A DNA stretch of 64,000 nucleotides from an uncultured Candidatus Rokubacteria bacterium (lineage in GTDB: Bacteria > Methylomirabilota > Methylomirabilia > Rokubacteriales > DASRDR01): the NCBI GenBank assembly GCA_963826115.1, contig CAWGVS010000012.1, positions 480,001 to 544,000 of the forward strand, read 5' to 3'. Every line of letters begins with the position of its first letter. Position 1 is the stretch's first letter. The translations under genes were made by a program, and so were the position numbers. Shown here piece after piece: positions 54,566-64,000 of the stretch. The notes under the pieces are model-generated. The model had not been told where the DNA came from and did not search any database. It saw nothing but the letters and a program-made list of their open reading frames with translations.

Positions 54566-55221
54566 GTGGAGAGCCCCAGCCGCCGGGCGACGACGCGCGC
54601 GATCTCGGCGGCCACGAGGTCGGGCGTCCGGTCCGCGTCGATCACGGTGACGCGCTCGGGCTCCTTGTCCCGGATCGCCCAGAAGCCCTTCCGCACGCGC
54701 TCGTGGAACTCGAGCGCGAGGCGCTCGAACGGATCGCACGCGGCGAGCGCCCCGCGGCGCGCTCGCGCGCGTCGGAGCCCCTCGGCGACGTCGAGATCCA
54801 GCACCAGCGTCAGGTCGGGCCAGACGCCGTCGGTGGCCAGGCGGTTCAGGTGGGCGATCGTCTCGAGCGGCACGCCGCGCCCGTGCCCCTGGTAGGCGAC
54901 CGTGGAGTCGACGTAGCGGTCGCACAGGACGATCTGCCCCGCCGCCAGCGCGGGCCGGATCACCCGCTCGACGTGCTCGGCGCGGCTGGCGGCGAAGAGG
55001 AACGCCTCCGTGAGCGGCGTGGCGCGGTCGACCTCGCCGAGGAGGCGGCGCACGCCGGCGCCGAGGGGCGTCCCGTCGGGCTCGGCCGTGGCGACCACCG
55101 GCGCGCCGCGCGCGACCAGCCAGGCGCGCAGGGTCTCGATCTGGGTGGACTTCCCCGCCCCCTCGACGCCCTCCACCGTGATCAGGCGACCCCGGGGGCC
55201 GTCAGGTCGCGCGGCCGCCAT
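54562..55221 (-). CDS. tmk: Thymidylate kinase
   Basis: EGVEGAGKSTQ, CDRYVDSTVAYQG, PDLTLVLD. Confidence 0.96.
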   Translation of the reverse strand: MAAARPDGPRGRLITVEGVEGAGKSTQIETLRAWLVARGAPVVATAEPDGTPLGAGVRRLLGEVDRATPLTEAFLFAASRAEHVERVIRPALAAGQIVLCDRYVDSTVAYQGHGRGVPLETIAHLNRLATDGVWPDLTLVLDLDVAEGLRRARARRGALAACDPFERLALEFHERVRKGFWAIRDKEPERVTVIDADRTPDLVAAEIARVVARRLGLST

Positions 55222-55255
55222 GGTGGGGCCACGCTATCACACGCGGGCCGGGCCG

Positions 55256-56398
55256 TCACGCCGGGGCGGGCGGCACTCCCAGGAGCGGGAAGACGAGCGC
55301 GCGGAGCTTCTGGACCTGGCGCTCGGCGAACTCCCGCGCGGGCCGGACCGCCTCCAGGGGCAAGGGCGGCAGCCCGTCCCACAGGGCGCGTCGGGGGCCG
55401 AGGTACGGGGCCGCCGCCGCGACGAACGCGGGCGGGAGCGCAGGCGGCAGCGTGACCCCGTTCATGAGCGCCCACGCCGCCGTCCACGCCCGGGCGACGT
55501 TGGCGAGGTCGTAGCCGCCGCCGCCGAGCGCGACCAGGCGCGGGGCGAGGCCGACGATGCGCTCGACGGCGGCCGCGAAGCCCTCGACCGACAGGGCGAG
55601 GTGCGTCAGCGGATCCGTCCGGTGCCCGTCGATGCCGAGCTGCGCGACGACGACGTCGGCCCCGAAGGCGCGCAAGACCGGCGGGACGACCGCGTCGAAG
55701 GCATCGAGGTACACCGCGTCGTCGGTGTAGGGATTGAGCGGGAGGTTCACCGCGTACCCCCGCCCGGCGCCCTCGCCGAGCTCCTCGACGGCGCCGGTCC
55801 CCGGGAAGAGCCGGTCGCCGCGCTCGTGCGTCGAGATGGTGAGCACGTCGGCGCTCCGGTAGAACGCCGCCTGCACCCCGTCGCCGTGGTGCGCGTCGAT
55901 GTCGACGTACGCCACGCGGAGCCCGTGGCGCCGGAGGGCCAGGATCGCCAGCACCGCGTCGTTCAGGTAGCAGAACCCCGACGCGCGGTCCGGCATCGCG
56001 TGGTGAAGCCCGCCGGCGAACGCGAACGCGCGCGTCACCTCGCCCCGCGCGACCAGCTCGGCCGCCAGCATCGAGCCGCCGCACGCGAGCGCGGAGGCCT
56101 CGTAGCAGCCGGGCCAGATCGGGTTGTCCCCTGGCCCGAGGCCGTAGCGGTAGGCGTGGGGCACCGGCTCGCCCGCGCCCGCGGCCCGCAGGACGTCGAG
56201 GTATTCCTCGGTGTGGAACTCCCGGAGCGCCGCCGCCGGCGCGGCGGCCGGCGGCCGGATCGTGAGGCCCGGGAGGCGCGTGAGCCCGTAGGCGTCCATG
56301 AGGGCGTACGTCAGGCCGAGCCGCTCCATCCGGAGGGGATGCTCGGGTCCGTAGTCGAAGCGCGTGTACGCGTCCGAGTGGACGAGGGCCGTCTTCAC
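55256..56398 (-). CDS. acuC: AcuC / histone deacetylase-family Zn-dependent deacetylase
   Basis: HPL...RL, GGLHHA...ASGFCYLND, DIDAHHGDG, FPGTG, GGGGY. Confidence 0.92.
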   Translation of the reverse strand: MKTALVHSDAYTRFDYGPEHPLRMERLGLTYALMDAYGLTRLPGLTIRPPAAAPAAALREFHTEEYLDVLRAAGAGEPVPHAYRYGLGPGDNPIWPGCYEASALACGGSMLAAELVARGEVTRAFAFAGGLHHAMPDRASGFCYLNDAVLAILALRRHGLRVAYVDIDAHHGDGVQAAFYRSADVLTISTHERGDRLFPGTGAVEELGEGAGRGYAVNLPLNPYTDDAVYLDAFDAVVPPVLRAFGADVVVAQLGIDGHRTDPLTHLALSVEGFAAAVERIVGLAPRLVALGGGGYDLANVARAWTAAWALMNGVTLPPALPPAFVAAAAPYLGPRRALWDGLPPLPLEAVRPAREFAERQVQKLRALVFPLLGVPPAPA

Positions 56399-56970
56399 CG
56401 CCGCACCCAGCGGCCGCTCCGGCCGCCCGACTTCTCGACGAGGCAGAGGTCCGTGAGCCGCATGCCGCGGTCGATCGCCTTCACCATGTCGTAGATGGCG
56501 AGCCCCGCCCCGGCCGCCGCCGTCAGCGCCTCCATCTCCACCCCGGTCTTGTCGACGGTGCGCACCGCCGTCTCGACGCGCACCGCGGACCGCGCGCCGT
56601 CGAGCACGAACCGCACGTCGATGCCCGTGAGCCGGAGGGGGTGACAGAGCGGGATCAGCTCGGCCGTCCGCTTCGCCGCCATGATCCCCGCGAGCCGCGC
56701 GACGCCGAGGACGTCCCCCTTGGCGATCTCGCCGCGGCGGATGGCCCGGAGGGTCGCGGGCCGGAGCCGGAGCGTGATCCGCGCGCGCGCCTCCCGCACG
56801 GTGTCCGGCTTCGCGGAGACGTCGACCATCCGCGCCTTGCCGCGGCGGTCCAGGTGGGTCAGGCCGGCCAGGCCGGCGGGGTCAGGCGGGCGGGGGCTCG
56901 CCGCGGCGCGTCGAGGCCGCGACGCGCCCCGACGACCGCGGACCCGCGTGCCCGCGGTCGCGCGGGGCAT
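56395..56970 (-). CDS. moaC: Cyclic pyranopterin monophosphate synthase
   Basis: LTHLD...ARMVDVS, KGDVL, LIPLCHP, TGVEMEAL, IYDMVKA, KSGG. Confidence 0.96.
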   Translation of the reverse strand: MPRATAGTRVRGRRGASRPRRAAASPRPPDPAGLAGLTHLDRRGKARMVDVSAKPDTVREARARITLRLRPATLRAIRRGEIAKGDVLGVARLAGIMAAKRTAELIPLCHPLRLTGIDVRFVLDGARSAVRVETAVRTVDKTGVEMEALTAAAGAGLAIYDMVKAIDRGMRLTDLCLVEKSGGRSGRWVRR

Positions 56971-56991
56971 GGGCCGAAGGAGGCGTCAGCC

Positions 56992-57228
56992 TCAGGCCGA
57001 CATCGAGGCGGCGGCCTGATTCTGCCGGATCAGGGTCTCCATGCGGTCCTTGCCGATGAGCTTCAGCTTCTTCAGCTCGCTCTCGCGCCACTGTTGCTCG
57101 GCCGAGAGAAACGGGCGGGCCTGGAGCTCGGCCAGCTCCTGCTCTTGCGCCTGATGCTCGGCGCGCAACCGCCGGAACTCGTCGTTGAGCTCGGTCAGGC
57201 GCTGGACGATGGCCTCGCGATCGGGCAT
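56992..57228 (-). CDS. DUF465/YdcH-family small coiled-coil protein
   Basis: EFRRLRAEH...ELKKLKLIGKDRM; SD GGAAGGAGG. Confidence 0.85.
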   Translation of the reverse strand: MPDREAIVQRLTELNDEFRRLRAEHQAQEQELAELQARPFLSAEQQWRESELKKLKLIGKDRMETLIRQNQAAASMSA

Positions 57229-57264
57229 GTTCCCTCCTTCCACTGAGAAAACCAGGCGGTCACT

Positions 57265-57306
57265 GAGAAAACAAAACGGCCAGCGCCCGCGCGGGCCACT
57301 GGCCAT
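57265..57306 (-). terminator. Intrinsic terminator upstream of DUF465
   Basis: AUGGCCAGU-G-GCCC-GCGC-GGGC-GCUGGCCGU then UUUGUUUUCU; two G-U pairs form only in the minus-strand RNA. Confidence 0.75.
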
Positions 57307-57385
57307 CTCAAGAATCGAATCCGGTGCTTGGCCGTCACGCACTCGGCCTCCCGTGAACGCCCCGGGGGTGGGCCTGCCGCGTTCA
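57265..57385 (-). ncRNA. Candidate cis-regulatory RNA (attenuator/riboswitch) or sRNA of unknown family
   Basis: Downstream of TTGACA-N18-TACAAG; stems UGAACGC/GCGUUCA and GGCCG/CGGCC; ends in a U-tailed terminator. Confidence 0.5.
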
Positions 57386-57390
57386 GCCCC

Positions 57391-57420
57391 CTTGTAGCAG
57401 AGCGTTCCGCGCCGTGTCAA
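57391..57420 (-). promoter_or_regulatory. Sigma70-like promoter
   Basis: Perfect TTGACA, N18, TGC-TACAAG (imperfect -10). Confidence 0.55.
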
Positions 57421-57436
57421 GCCGGACGCATCCCGA

Positions 57437-59908
57437 CTATGACGGACCGGGCGGCGCGGCCAGCACGCCGTGGAGGCGCGCGGCCAGCGCGTCCGGCGCG
57501 CTCGGCCAGCCGAGCCACGGCGCGCCGCGCGGGACGCCCGCCGGCGCGCCGCCCGGCGGGACGTCGACGTCGACGACGTAGAGCACGCGGAGCTCCGGCC
57601 GCGTCGCGCGGAGCCGGAGCGCGAGATCCGGCCCGGACAGCTGCGCGAGGTCGGCCGGCACGATGAGGAGGTCGATCGGGTCCTCGTGCCACTCGGCGAT
57701 GAAGAGCGCCTCGCCGCCGTTGGCGGCCTCCAGCACCGTGTGGCCCTGGTGGGCGAGGAAGCTCCCGATCCCCTGCCGCGTGCCCCGGTCGGCGTCCACG
57801 AGGAGAATGGTCGCTCCGCCCGTCGGCGCGTCCGGCCGCGCGCCGTCGAGGCACGGCAGGTAGACGTCGAGGGCGCTGCCACGGCCGGGCGCGCTGTCGA
57901 CCGTGACGAGCCCGTGGTGCTGCCGCACGATGCCGTATACCGTGGCGAGGCCGAGCCCCGTGCCCTGGCCCACCTCGCGCGTCGTGAAGAACGGCTCGAA
58001 CAGGTGGGCGCGCACCTCCGGGCTCATCCCCGCGCCGGTGTCCCGCACCGTCAACCGCACGTAGGTGCCGGGCACCGCGCCCGCGTGCTCGCGCGCGAAC
58101 GCCGCGTCAAGCTGGGCGTCGGCGGTCTCGACCGTGAGCCGGCCGCCCTCGGGCATCGCGGCGCGCGCGTTCAGCGCGAGGCTCAGCACCGCCTGGCGGA
58201 GCGGCGCCGGGTCGCCGCGCACCGGTCCGAGCGGCTCGGCAAGGGCGAGCACCACCTCCACCCGGTCGCCGGCGAGACGCCGGAGCGCCGGCTCGAGCTC
58301 GCGGACCAGGCCGTTCAGGTCGAGCCGCACGGGCTCGAACGCCTGGCGGCGGCTGAACGCGAGGAGCTGGCGCGTGAGCTGCGCCGCCCGCGCGGCCGCG
58401 CCGCGGATCTCCTCGGCGTCGTGGCGGAGCGGATCGTCCTCGGGGAGCTCCCGGCCCATGGCCTCGGCGTAGCCGAGGATGACGGCCAGCCGGTTGTTGA
58501 AGTCGTGGGCGATGCCGCCCGCGAGCCGCCCGATCGCCTCGGTCTTCTCGGAGCGCCGGAGGTCCGCCTCGAGGCGCCGGCGCTCGGTCACGTCGCGGAG
58601 GATCGAGAGGTGGCGGCCGGGCACGATGTCCGCCTTCGCCGCGTACTCGACCTCGCGGACCGTGCCGTCGGCGCGCCGCACCTGGAGGGCGCCCTCGCGC
58701 TCGCCGCGCTCGAGGACCTCGCGCCACGCGCGGCGGGCCTCGCGCGCCTGGCGCGGCGGGACGAACTCGAAGAGATCGCGCCCGACGAGCGCCGGCACCG
58801 GCAGGCCGAAGAGGGCGCTGGCGGCCGGGTTCGCGTCGCGGAAGCGCCCCGCCGCGTCGAGCACGACGAGCGCGTCGAGCGCCCGGTCGAAGACCGCCCG
58901 GAAGCGCGCCTGGCTCGCCTGCCGCGCCCGCTCCGCCCGGCGCCGCGCGGAGGTCACGACGCCCACGTAGAGGCCGGTGAGCGCGAAGGCGAGCAGCAGG
59001 AGCTGGAGGTCCGGCAGCCCGACGGCCGGCTCGGCCGCGCTGCGGACGGCCGCGACCACGCCGAGATTCAGGCCGAGCACCGCGAGGCTCGCCCCCGCGA
59101 GCCCCTGGCGGAGCGCGATCCACAGGAGCGGCAGGAAGCCGAGGTAGAGAAGCCGGACCTCGGTCGCGAGCGCCGAGGCGAACGGGATCCAGATGGCGAG
59201 CGCGAGGCTCGCCGCCTGCCCGAGCGCCTCGCCGACCGCGCGGGAGGTCCACCGGCGCCGCGGGCGGGCGCGCCGCCGCGCCGCCCGCGCGCGGCCGCCC
59301 CCGAGCCGCGCCGCCACGGCGTCGGTCAGCGGGATGCCGTGCACGAGGAGCGCGGGCGCGACGGTGACCGCCCCGAGCGCCTGGCCGATCCACCAGCTCA
59401 CGACGCCCGCCGGGTACATGTCCCACGACACGAGCCCGGTCCGCACGAGGAGCATCATCCCGGCCGCCGCGACCGGCAGGGGCTGGAGGAGCGCGACCCC
59501 GACGAGCCCGTTGACGTCGCGCAGGGTGAGGAGCCGGGGATCGGTCCGGAGCCCGTGGCGCAGGACGGCGGCGCCTGCCGCCGCCCCGGCCGCGAGGAGC
59601 ACGCCCCAGCGCGCGAAGGTCCGCACGTCCACCGGCAGAGGATCGAACCAGAGCCCGACCAGGACGGGACCGAGGACCAGGATCGGCGCGTAGCGGATCC
59701 CGCACGCCAGGAGCACGGCGAGGTTCAGCCCCGCCAGAAGGTGCCACGCGAGCCCCCGGAGCGAAGGAAAGACGAGGGCGGGGCCGGCGAGGCCGACGAC
59801 CCCGACGCCGTAGCCCGCCGTGACCGCGAGGACGCCGAGGCACGCGTGGGAGGTCGCGGCCAGGGCGCGCCGCCATCCCGCGGATCGGGTCGCCGCCTCG
59901 TCCACCAT
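57437..59908 (-). CDS. MASE1-PAS hybrid histidine kinase with degenerate receiver domain
   Basis: N-terminal multi-TM MASE1, PAS (DANPAA), LAGGIAHDFNN, NARAAM, FEPFFTT, GTGLGL; the receiver lacks the phospho-Asp. Confidence 0.92.
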   Translation of the reverse strand: MVDEAATRSAGWRRALAATSHACLGVLAVTAGYGVGVVGLAGPALVFPSLRGLAWHLLAGLNLAVLLACGIRYAPILVLGPVLVGLWFDPLPVDVRTFARWGVLLAAGAAAGAAVLRHGLRTDPRLLTLRDVNGLVGVALLQPLPVAAAGMMLLVRTGLVSWDMYPAGVVSWWIGQALGAVTVAPALLVHGIPLTDAVAARLGGGRARAARRRARPRRRWTSRAVGEALGQAASLALAIWIPFASALATEVRLLYLGFLPLLWIALRQGLAGASLAVLGLNLGVVAAVRSAAEPAVGLPDLQLLLLAFALTGLYVGVVTSARRRAERARQASQARFRAVFDRALDALVVLDAAGRFRDANPAASALFGLPVPALVGRDLFEFVPPRQAREARRAWREVLERGEREGALQVRRADGTVREVEYAAKADIVPGRHLSILRDVTERRRLEADLRRSEKTEAIGRLAGGIAHDFNNRLAVILGYAEAMGRELPEDDPLRHDAEEIRGAAARAAQLTRQLLAFSRRQAFEPVRLDLNGLVRELEPALRRLAGDRVEVVLALAEPLGPVRGDPAPLRQAVLSLALNARAAMPEGGRLTVETADAQLDAAFAREHAGAVPGTYVRLTVRDTGAGMSPEVRAHLFEPFFTTREVGQGTGLGLATVYGIVRQHHGLVTVDSAPGRGSALDVYLPCLDGARPDAPTGGATILLVDADRGTRQGIGSFLAHQGHTVLEAANGGEALFIAEWHEDPIDLLIVPADLAQLSGPDLALRLRATRPELRVLYVVDVDVPPGGAPAGVPRGAPWLGWPSAPDALAARLHGVLAAPPGPS

Positions 59909-59953
59909 CGCCCGTTGCCGGCCCCAGTCTACTGCGCCCGCCGCGCGGGACCG

Positions 59954-61053
59954 TCAGAACGGACCGGGCGGGCCGCGCCGGATCAGCTGGGCGGCCGTGG
60001 CCTTGAAGGTCACGTCGACGGGCACGCCCGGCGCGAGCGCGAGCGTCGCCACCGCCGGCCGCGTCACGAGCGCGGTCAGCGCCACGCCGCAATCGACGCC
60101 GACGCGCCAGAGGGGCCCGGTCGGCGTGACCCGGACGACGCGGCCCGCGAGACGGTTCTGGGCGCTCGTCACTCCGGAAGTCTCCGGCCGCGCGAGCGTC
60201 AGGTCCTCGGGCCGGAGCCCGACCAGCACCCGCTCGCCCGGATGGGCCGTCCCCGCGACGACCACCCGCGCCGGACCGACCTCGACCTCGACCACGCCGT
60301 CGCCCCGCGCGACGATCCGCCCCGGCAGGAGGTTCTCGACGCCGACGAAGCGCGCGACCGCCTCGCTGTCCGGCGCCCCGAAGACCCGCTCGGGCGGCCC
60401 GAGCTCGGCGAGTCGGCCCTCGAGCAGCACCGCGACGCGGTCGCCGAGCCGGAGCGCCTCGCCGCGGTCGTGCGTGACGAGGACGGTCGTGGTCCGTGCG
60501 TCGCCGAGGAGCCGTCCGAGGTCGTCGAGCAGCCCTTCGCGAGTGGGCGCGTCCAGCGCGGCGAAGGGCTCGTCGAGGAAGAGCACCTCCGGCTCGGCGG
60601 CGAAGGCCCGGGCCAAGCTCACGCGTTGGGCCTCCCCCCCTGACAGCCGGTCCACCGACCGGTCGGCCAGCGCGCGGACCCCGAGACGCTCGAGCCAGTC
60701 GAGCGCGCGCCGGTCGGCCGCCGGGCGGGCGACGCCACGCAGCCGGCACGCGAGGCGCGCGTTGTAACGGACCGAGCCCCGACAGAGCAGCGGCTCCTGG
60801 AAGACGCACGCCATCCGCCGGCGCCAGGCGAGGCGCTCGGCCTCGGTACAGGGAAGAGCGCCCTGGAGCCGTACCGTGCCGCGGGTCGGGTGCACGAGCA
60901 GCGCGAGCACGCGGAGCAACGTGGACTTCCCCGCGCCGTTCGGGCCGATCACGGCCAGCACCTCGCCGGGCTCGACCGCGAGGGCCGGCACCGCGAGGAC
61001 GCGCTGGCCCTCGTACTCGACCTCGACGTCGAGGGCCTCGAGGACCGGCGCGC

Positions 61054-61057
<4 letters not shown>
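59954..61057 (-). CDS. Tungstate-type ABC ATPase (TupC/WtpC-like) with TOBE domains
   Basis: GPNGAGKST, VFQEPLL, LSGGEAQRVSLARA, TSAQNRL; GTGA overlap start. Confidence 0.88.
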
Positions 61058-62175
<1,118 letters not shown>

Positions 62176-62182
62176 GGGCGCC

Positions 62183-62842
62183 TCAGAGCCGGCCGAGACG
62201 GCTGGCCACCAGCACCACCGCGCAGGACAGGAGCGTCAGCGTGACGACCAGGACGCGCGCCTCCGCCGTCTCCCCCGTCGACACCGCCGAGTAGATGGCG
62301 AGTGGCACGGTGGTCGTGCGGCCGGGGATGTTGCCCGCGAGCATGAGCGTCGCGCCGAACTCGCCGAGCGCCCGCGCGAACGCGAGGACCAGGCCGGCGA
62401 CGATCCCGCGCCGCGCGAGGGGCAGCGTCACCTCGAGCGCCGTCCGCCACTCGGAGCGGCCGAGGACGAACGCGGCTCGCTCGAGGTCCGGGCTCACGCT
62501 CTCGATCGCCGCGCGGGCCGGGCGCACGAGCAGCGGGAGCGCCATCACCGCGGCCGCCACGACGGCCGCGTACCAGGTGAAGGGGAGGCTCCAGCCCGTG
62601 AGCGCGTAGAGGGGGCCGCCCAGCCAGCCCCGCCGGCCGAGGAGCACGATCAGGTAGTAGCCGGTGACCGTCGGCGGCAGCACGAGCGGCAGCATGACGA
62701 GGGCATCGAGGGCCTGGCGGCCCCGGAAGCGGCGCTTCGCGAGCAGGTACGCCAGCGGGACCCCGACCAGGGCGGCGGCGAGCGTCGCCAGCACCGACAC
62801 GCGGATCGACAGCCACAGCGCGCTGGTCGCGGCCTCCGACAT
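62183..62842 (-). CDS. modB: Molybdate ABC permease
   Basis: LPLVLPPTVTGYYL, FARALGEFGATLMLAGNIPGRT; start re-called to ATG 62842. Confidence 0.93.
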   Translation of the reverse strand: MSEAATSALWLSIRVSVLATLAAALVGVPLAYLLAKRRFRGRQALDALVMLPLVLPPTVTGYYLIVLLGRRGWLGGPLYALTGWSLPFTWYAAVVAAAVMALPLLVRPARAAIESVSPDLERAAFVLGRSEWRTALEVTLPLARRGIVAGLVLAFARALGEFGATLMLAGNIPGRTTTVPLAIYSAVSTGETAEARVLVVTLTLLSCAVVLVASRLGRL

Positions 62843-62892
62843 CACGAGGGACTCTAGCATGCGCCGGCGGGCCGCCCCGCGGGCCGGCGACC

Positions 62893-63588
62893 CTAGACGC
62901 GGCCGCGCTGCTGGAGCCAGGTGAGCGCCCAGTTCACCAGGAACGTGAGCGTCAGGAGGAGCACGGACAGGGCGATCGCGACGTCGAAGTTCCCCTTGCC
63001 CGTCTCGAGCACGGTGGCGGTCGTCAGGACGCGCGTCTGGCCGCGGATGTTGCCGCCCACCATGAGCGAGGCGCCGACCTCGGAGATCACCGCGCCGAAG
63101 CCGGCCATCAGCGCGGCGAGGAGCGGGAGCCGCGCCTCCCGCATGAGGATGCCGAGAAGCTGGAGGCGCGAGGCGCCGAGCGCCGCGACCTGCAGGCGGA
63201 AGCGCGGCGGGATCTGCTGGACGGCGGCCAGCGTGAGTCCAGTCACGACCGGGAAGGCGATGACGAACTGCGCGACGACGATCGCGGTCGGCGTGTAGAG
63301 GAGCTCGAGGGCGCCGAGCGGGCCGCTCCGCCAGAGCAGCACCGAGACGAAGAGGCCCACGACGACCGGCGGGAGCCCCATCCCGGTGTTGACGAGGGCG
63401 ACGATGAACCCGCGCCCGGGGAATCGCACGAGGGCCAGGCCCGTGCCGAGCGGCATGCCGGCGACGAGCGACAGCGCGGTCGCCGCGCCCGAGACCTTCA
63501 GCGAGAGCCAGGTGACCCCGAGGAGCTCCGGGTCGGCCGTGCCGAGGAGCCGCGCCGCCTGGAGAAAGCCCTCGCCGATCAGCCCCAC
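62893..63588 (-). CDS. tupB: Tungstate ABC permease
   Basis: NTGMGLPPVVVGL, RSGPLG, FGAVISEVGASLMVGGNIRGQTRVLTTA. Confidence 0.88.
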   Translation of the reverse strand: MGLIGEGFLQAARLLGTADPELLGVTWLSLKVSGAATALSLVAGMPLGTGLALVRFPGRGFIVALVNTGMGLPPVVVGLFVSVLLWRSGPLGALELLYTPTAIVVAQFVIAFPVVTGLTLAAVQQIPPRFRLQVAALGASRLQLLGILMREARLPLLAALMAGFGAVISEVGASLMVGGNIRGQTRVLTTATVLETGKGNFDVAIALSVLLLTLTFLVNWALTWLQQRGRV

Positions 63589-63604
63589 GCGGTCACCGGG
63601 GCCC

Positions 63605-64000
63605 TCACCGCGCGCCCGGCCCGGGTGGCTGGAAGCCCAGCCGCTGGAGGACGGCGCGACCCTCGGTCCCCGTCAGGAGCTCCACGAAGGCCCGGGCCAG
63701 GGCGGGCTGGCGCGAGCCCGCCACCACGGCCGCCGGGTAGACTACCGGCGGATAGGTCTCCTCGCTCGGCCGGAAGGCCTCGCGCACCCGTGCCCCGGCG
63801 GCTGGCAGATCGGTCGCGTAGACGAAGCCCGCGTCGACCTCACCCCGCGCCACGTACTCGAGGACCTGGCGGACGTTCTCGCCGAAGACCAGCTTCGGAC
63901 CCAGCCGGTCCCAGAGCCCGAGGGCCCGGAGGCTCTCCTGGGCGTACTGGCCGGCCGGCACGGTCCTCGGGTTCCCCAGCGCCACGCGGGTGACGCGCGG
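63605..64000 (-). CDS. modA: Molybdate ABC substrate-binding protein (5' end outside the window)
   Basis: ALGNPRTVPAGQYA, GENVRQVLEYVARGEVDAGFVYATD, YPAAVV; frame open to the window edge. Confidence 0.9.
   Translation of the reverse strand, partial: PRVTRVALGNPRTVPAGQYAQESLRALGLWDRLGPKLVFGENVRQVLEYVARGEVDAGFVYATDLPAAGARVREAFRPSEETYPPVVYPAAVVAGSRQPALARAFVELLTGTEGRAVLQRLGFQPPGPGAR

Noticed and set aside
57300-57392. tRNA or tmRNA (GGGGCTGA start and GGATTCGATTC T-loop-like motif on the minus strand)
   Set aside because: No acceptor stem, cloverleaf or CCA end could be formed, and it is too short for tmRNA; kept only as an unknown structured leader
57470-60809. ORFs 57470..60643(+) and 58107..60809(-); likewise 39369..42287(+)
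   Set aside because: Antisense or off-frame shadows of well-supported genes, with low-complexity translations

Overview
Very GC-rich (roughly 70-75% by eye), densely coding bacterial chromosome segment of about 60 real genes. Most long ORFs in the supplied track are antisense or off-frame shadows, so many starts were re-called. The host is diderm (outer-membrane beta-barrel, Slt, lipoproteins). GC content and the many Liv/Dpp/TauT ABC systems are compatible with Candidatus Rokubacteria (Methylomirabilota), but that is inference only. In order: imuB(partial)-imuA mutasome genes; a DUF1059/ECF sigma/anti-sigma/MOSC module; yidD, catabolic enzymes and mscL; a LacD-like aldolase; a ~6.6 kb accessory block (AlgE-like porin, OmpR-type two-component system, three secreted proteins); a PfkB kinase; liv and dpp ABC clusters; a glnD-pgsA-slt-NYN-yhhQ-PDZ run; a split TauT/NitT ABC system; a GT-C glycosyltransferase; hisC; the tmk-holB-ricT-metG-tatD cluster; DUF465-moaC-acuC; a MASE1 hybrid kinase; and interleaved mod/tup transporter genes. 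I saw no tRNA, rRNA, CRISPR array, transposase or integrase. Best leads: (1) an unrecognised structured leader or sRNA with an intrinsic terminator upstream of DUF465-moaC-acuC; (2) an exact 20-bp direct-repeat box upstream of two secreted-protein genes next to the two-component system; (3) a low-GC patch covering the anticodon-binding domain of metG; (4) pervasive leaderless promoter architecture; (5) candidate SOS operators upstream of imuA. All family calls come from reading motifs, not from database searches.
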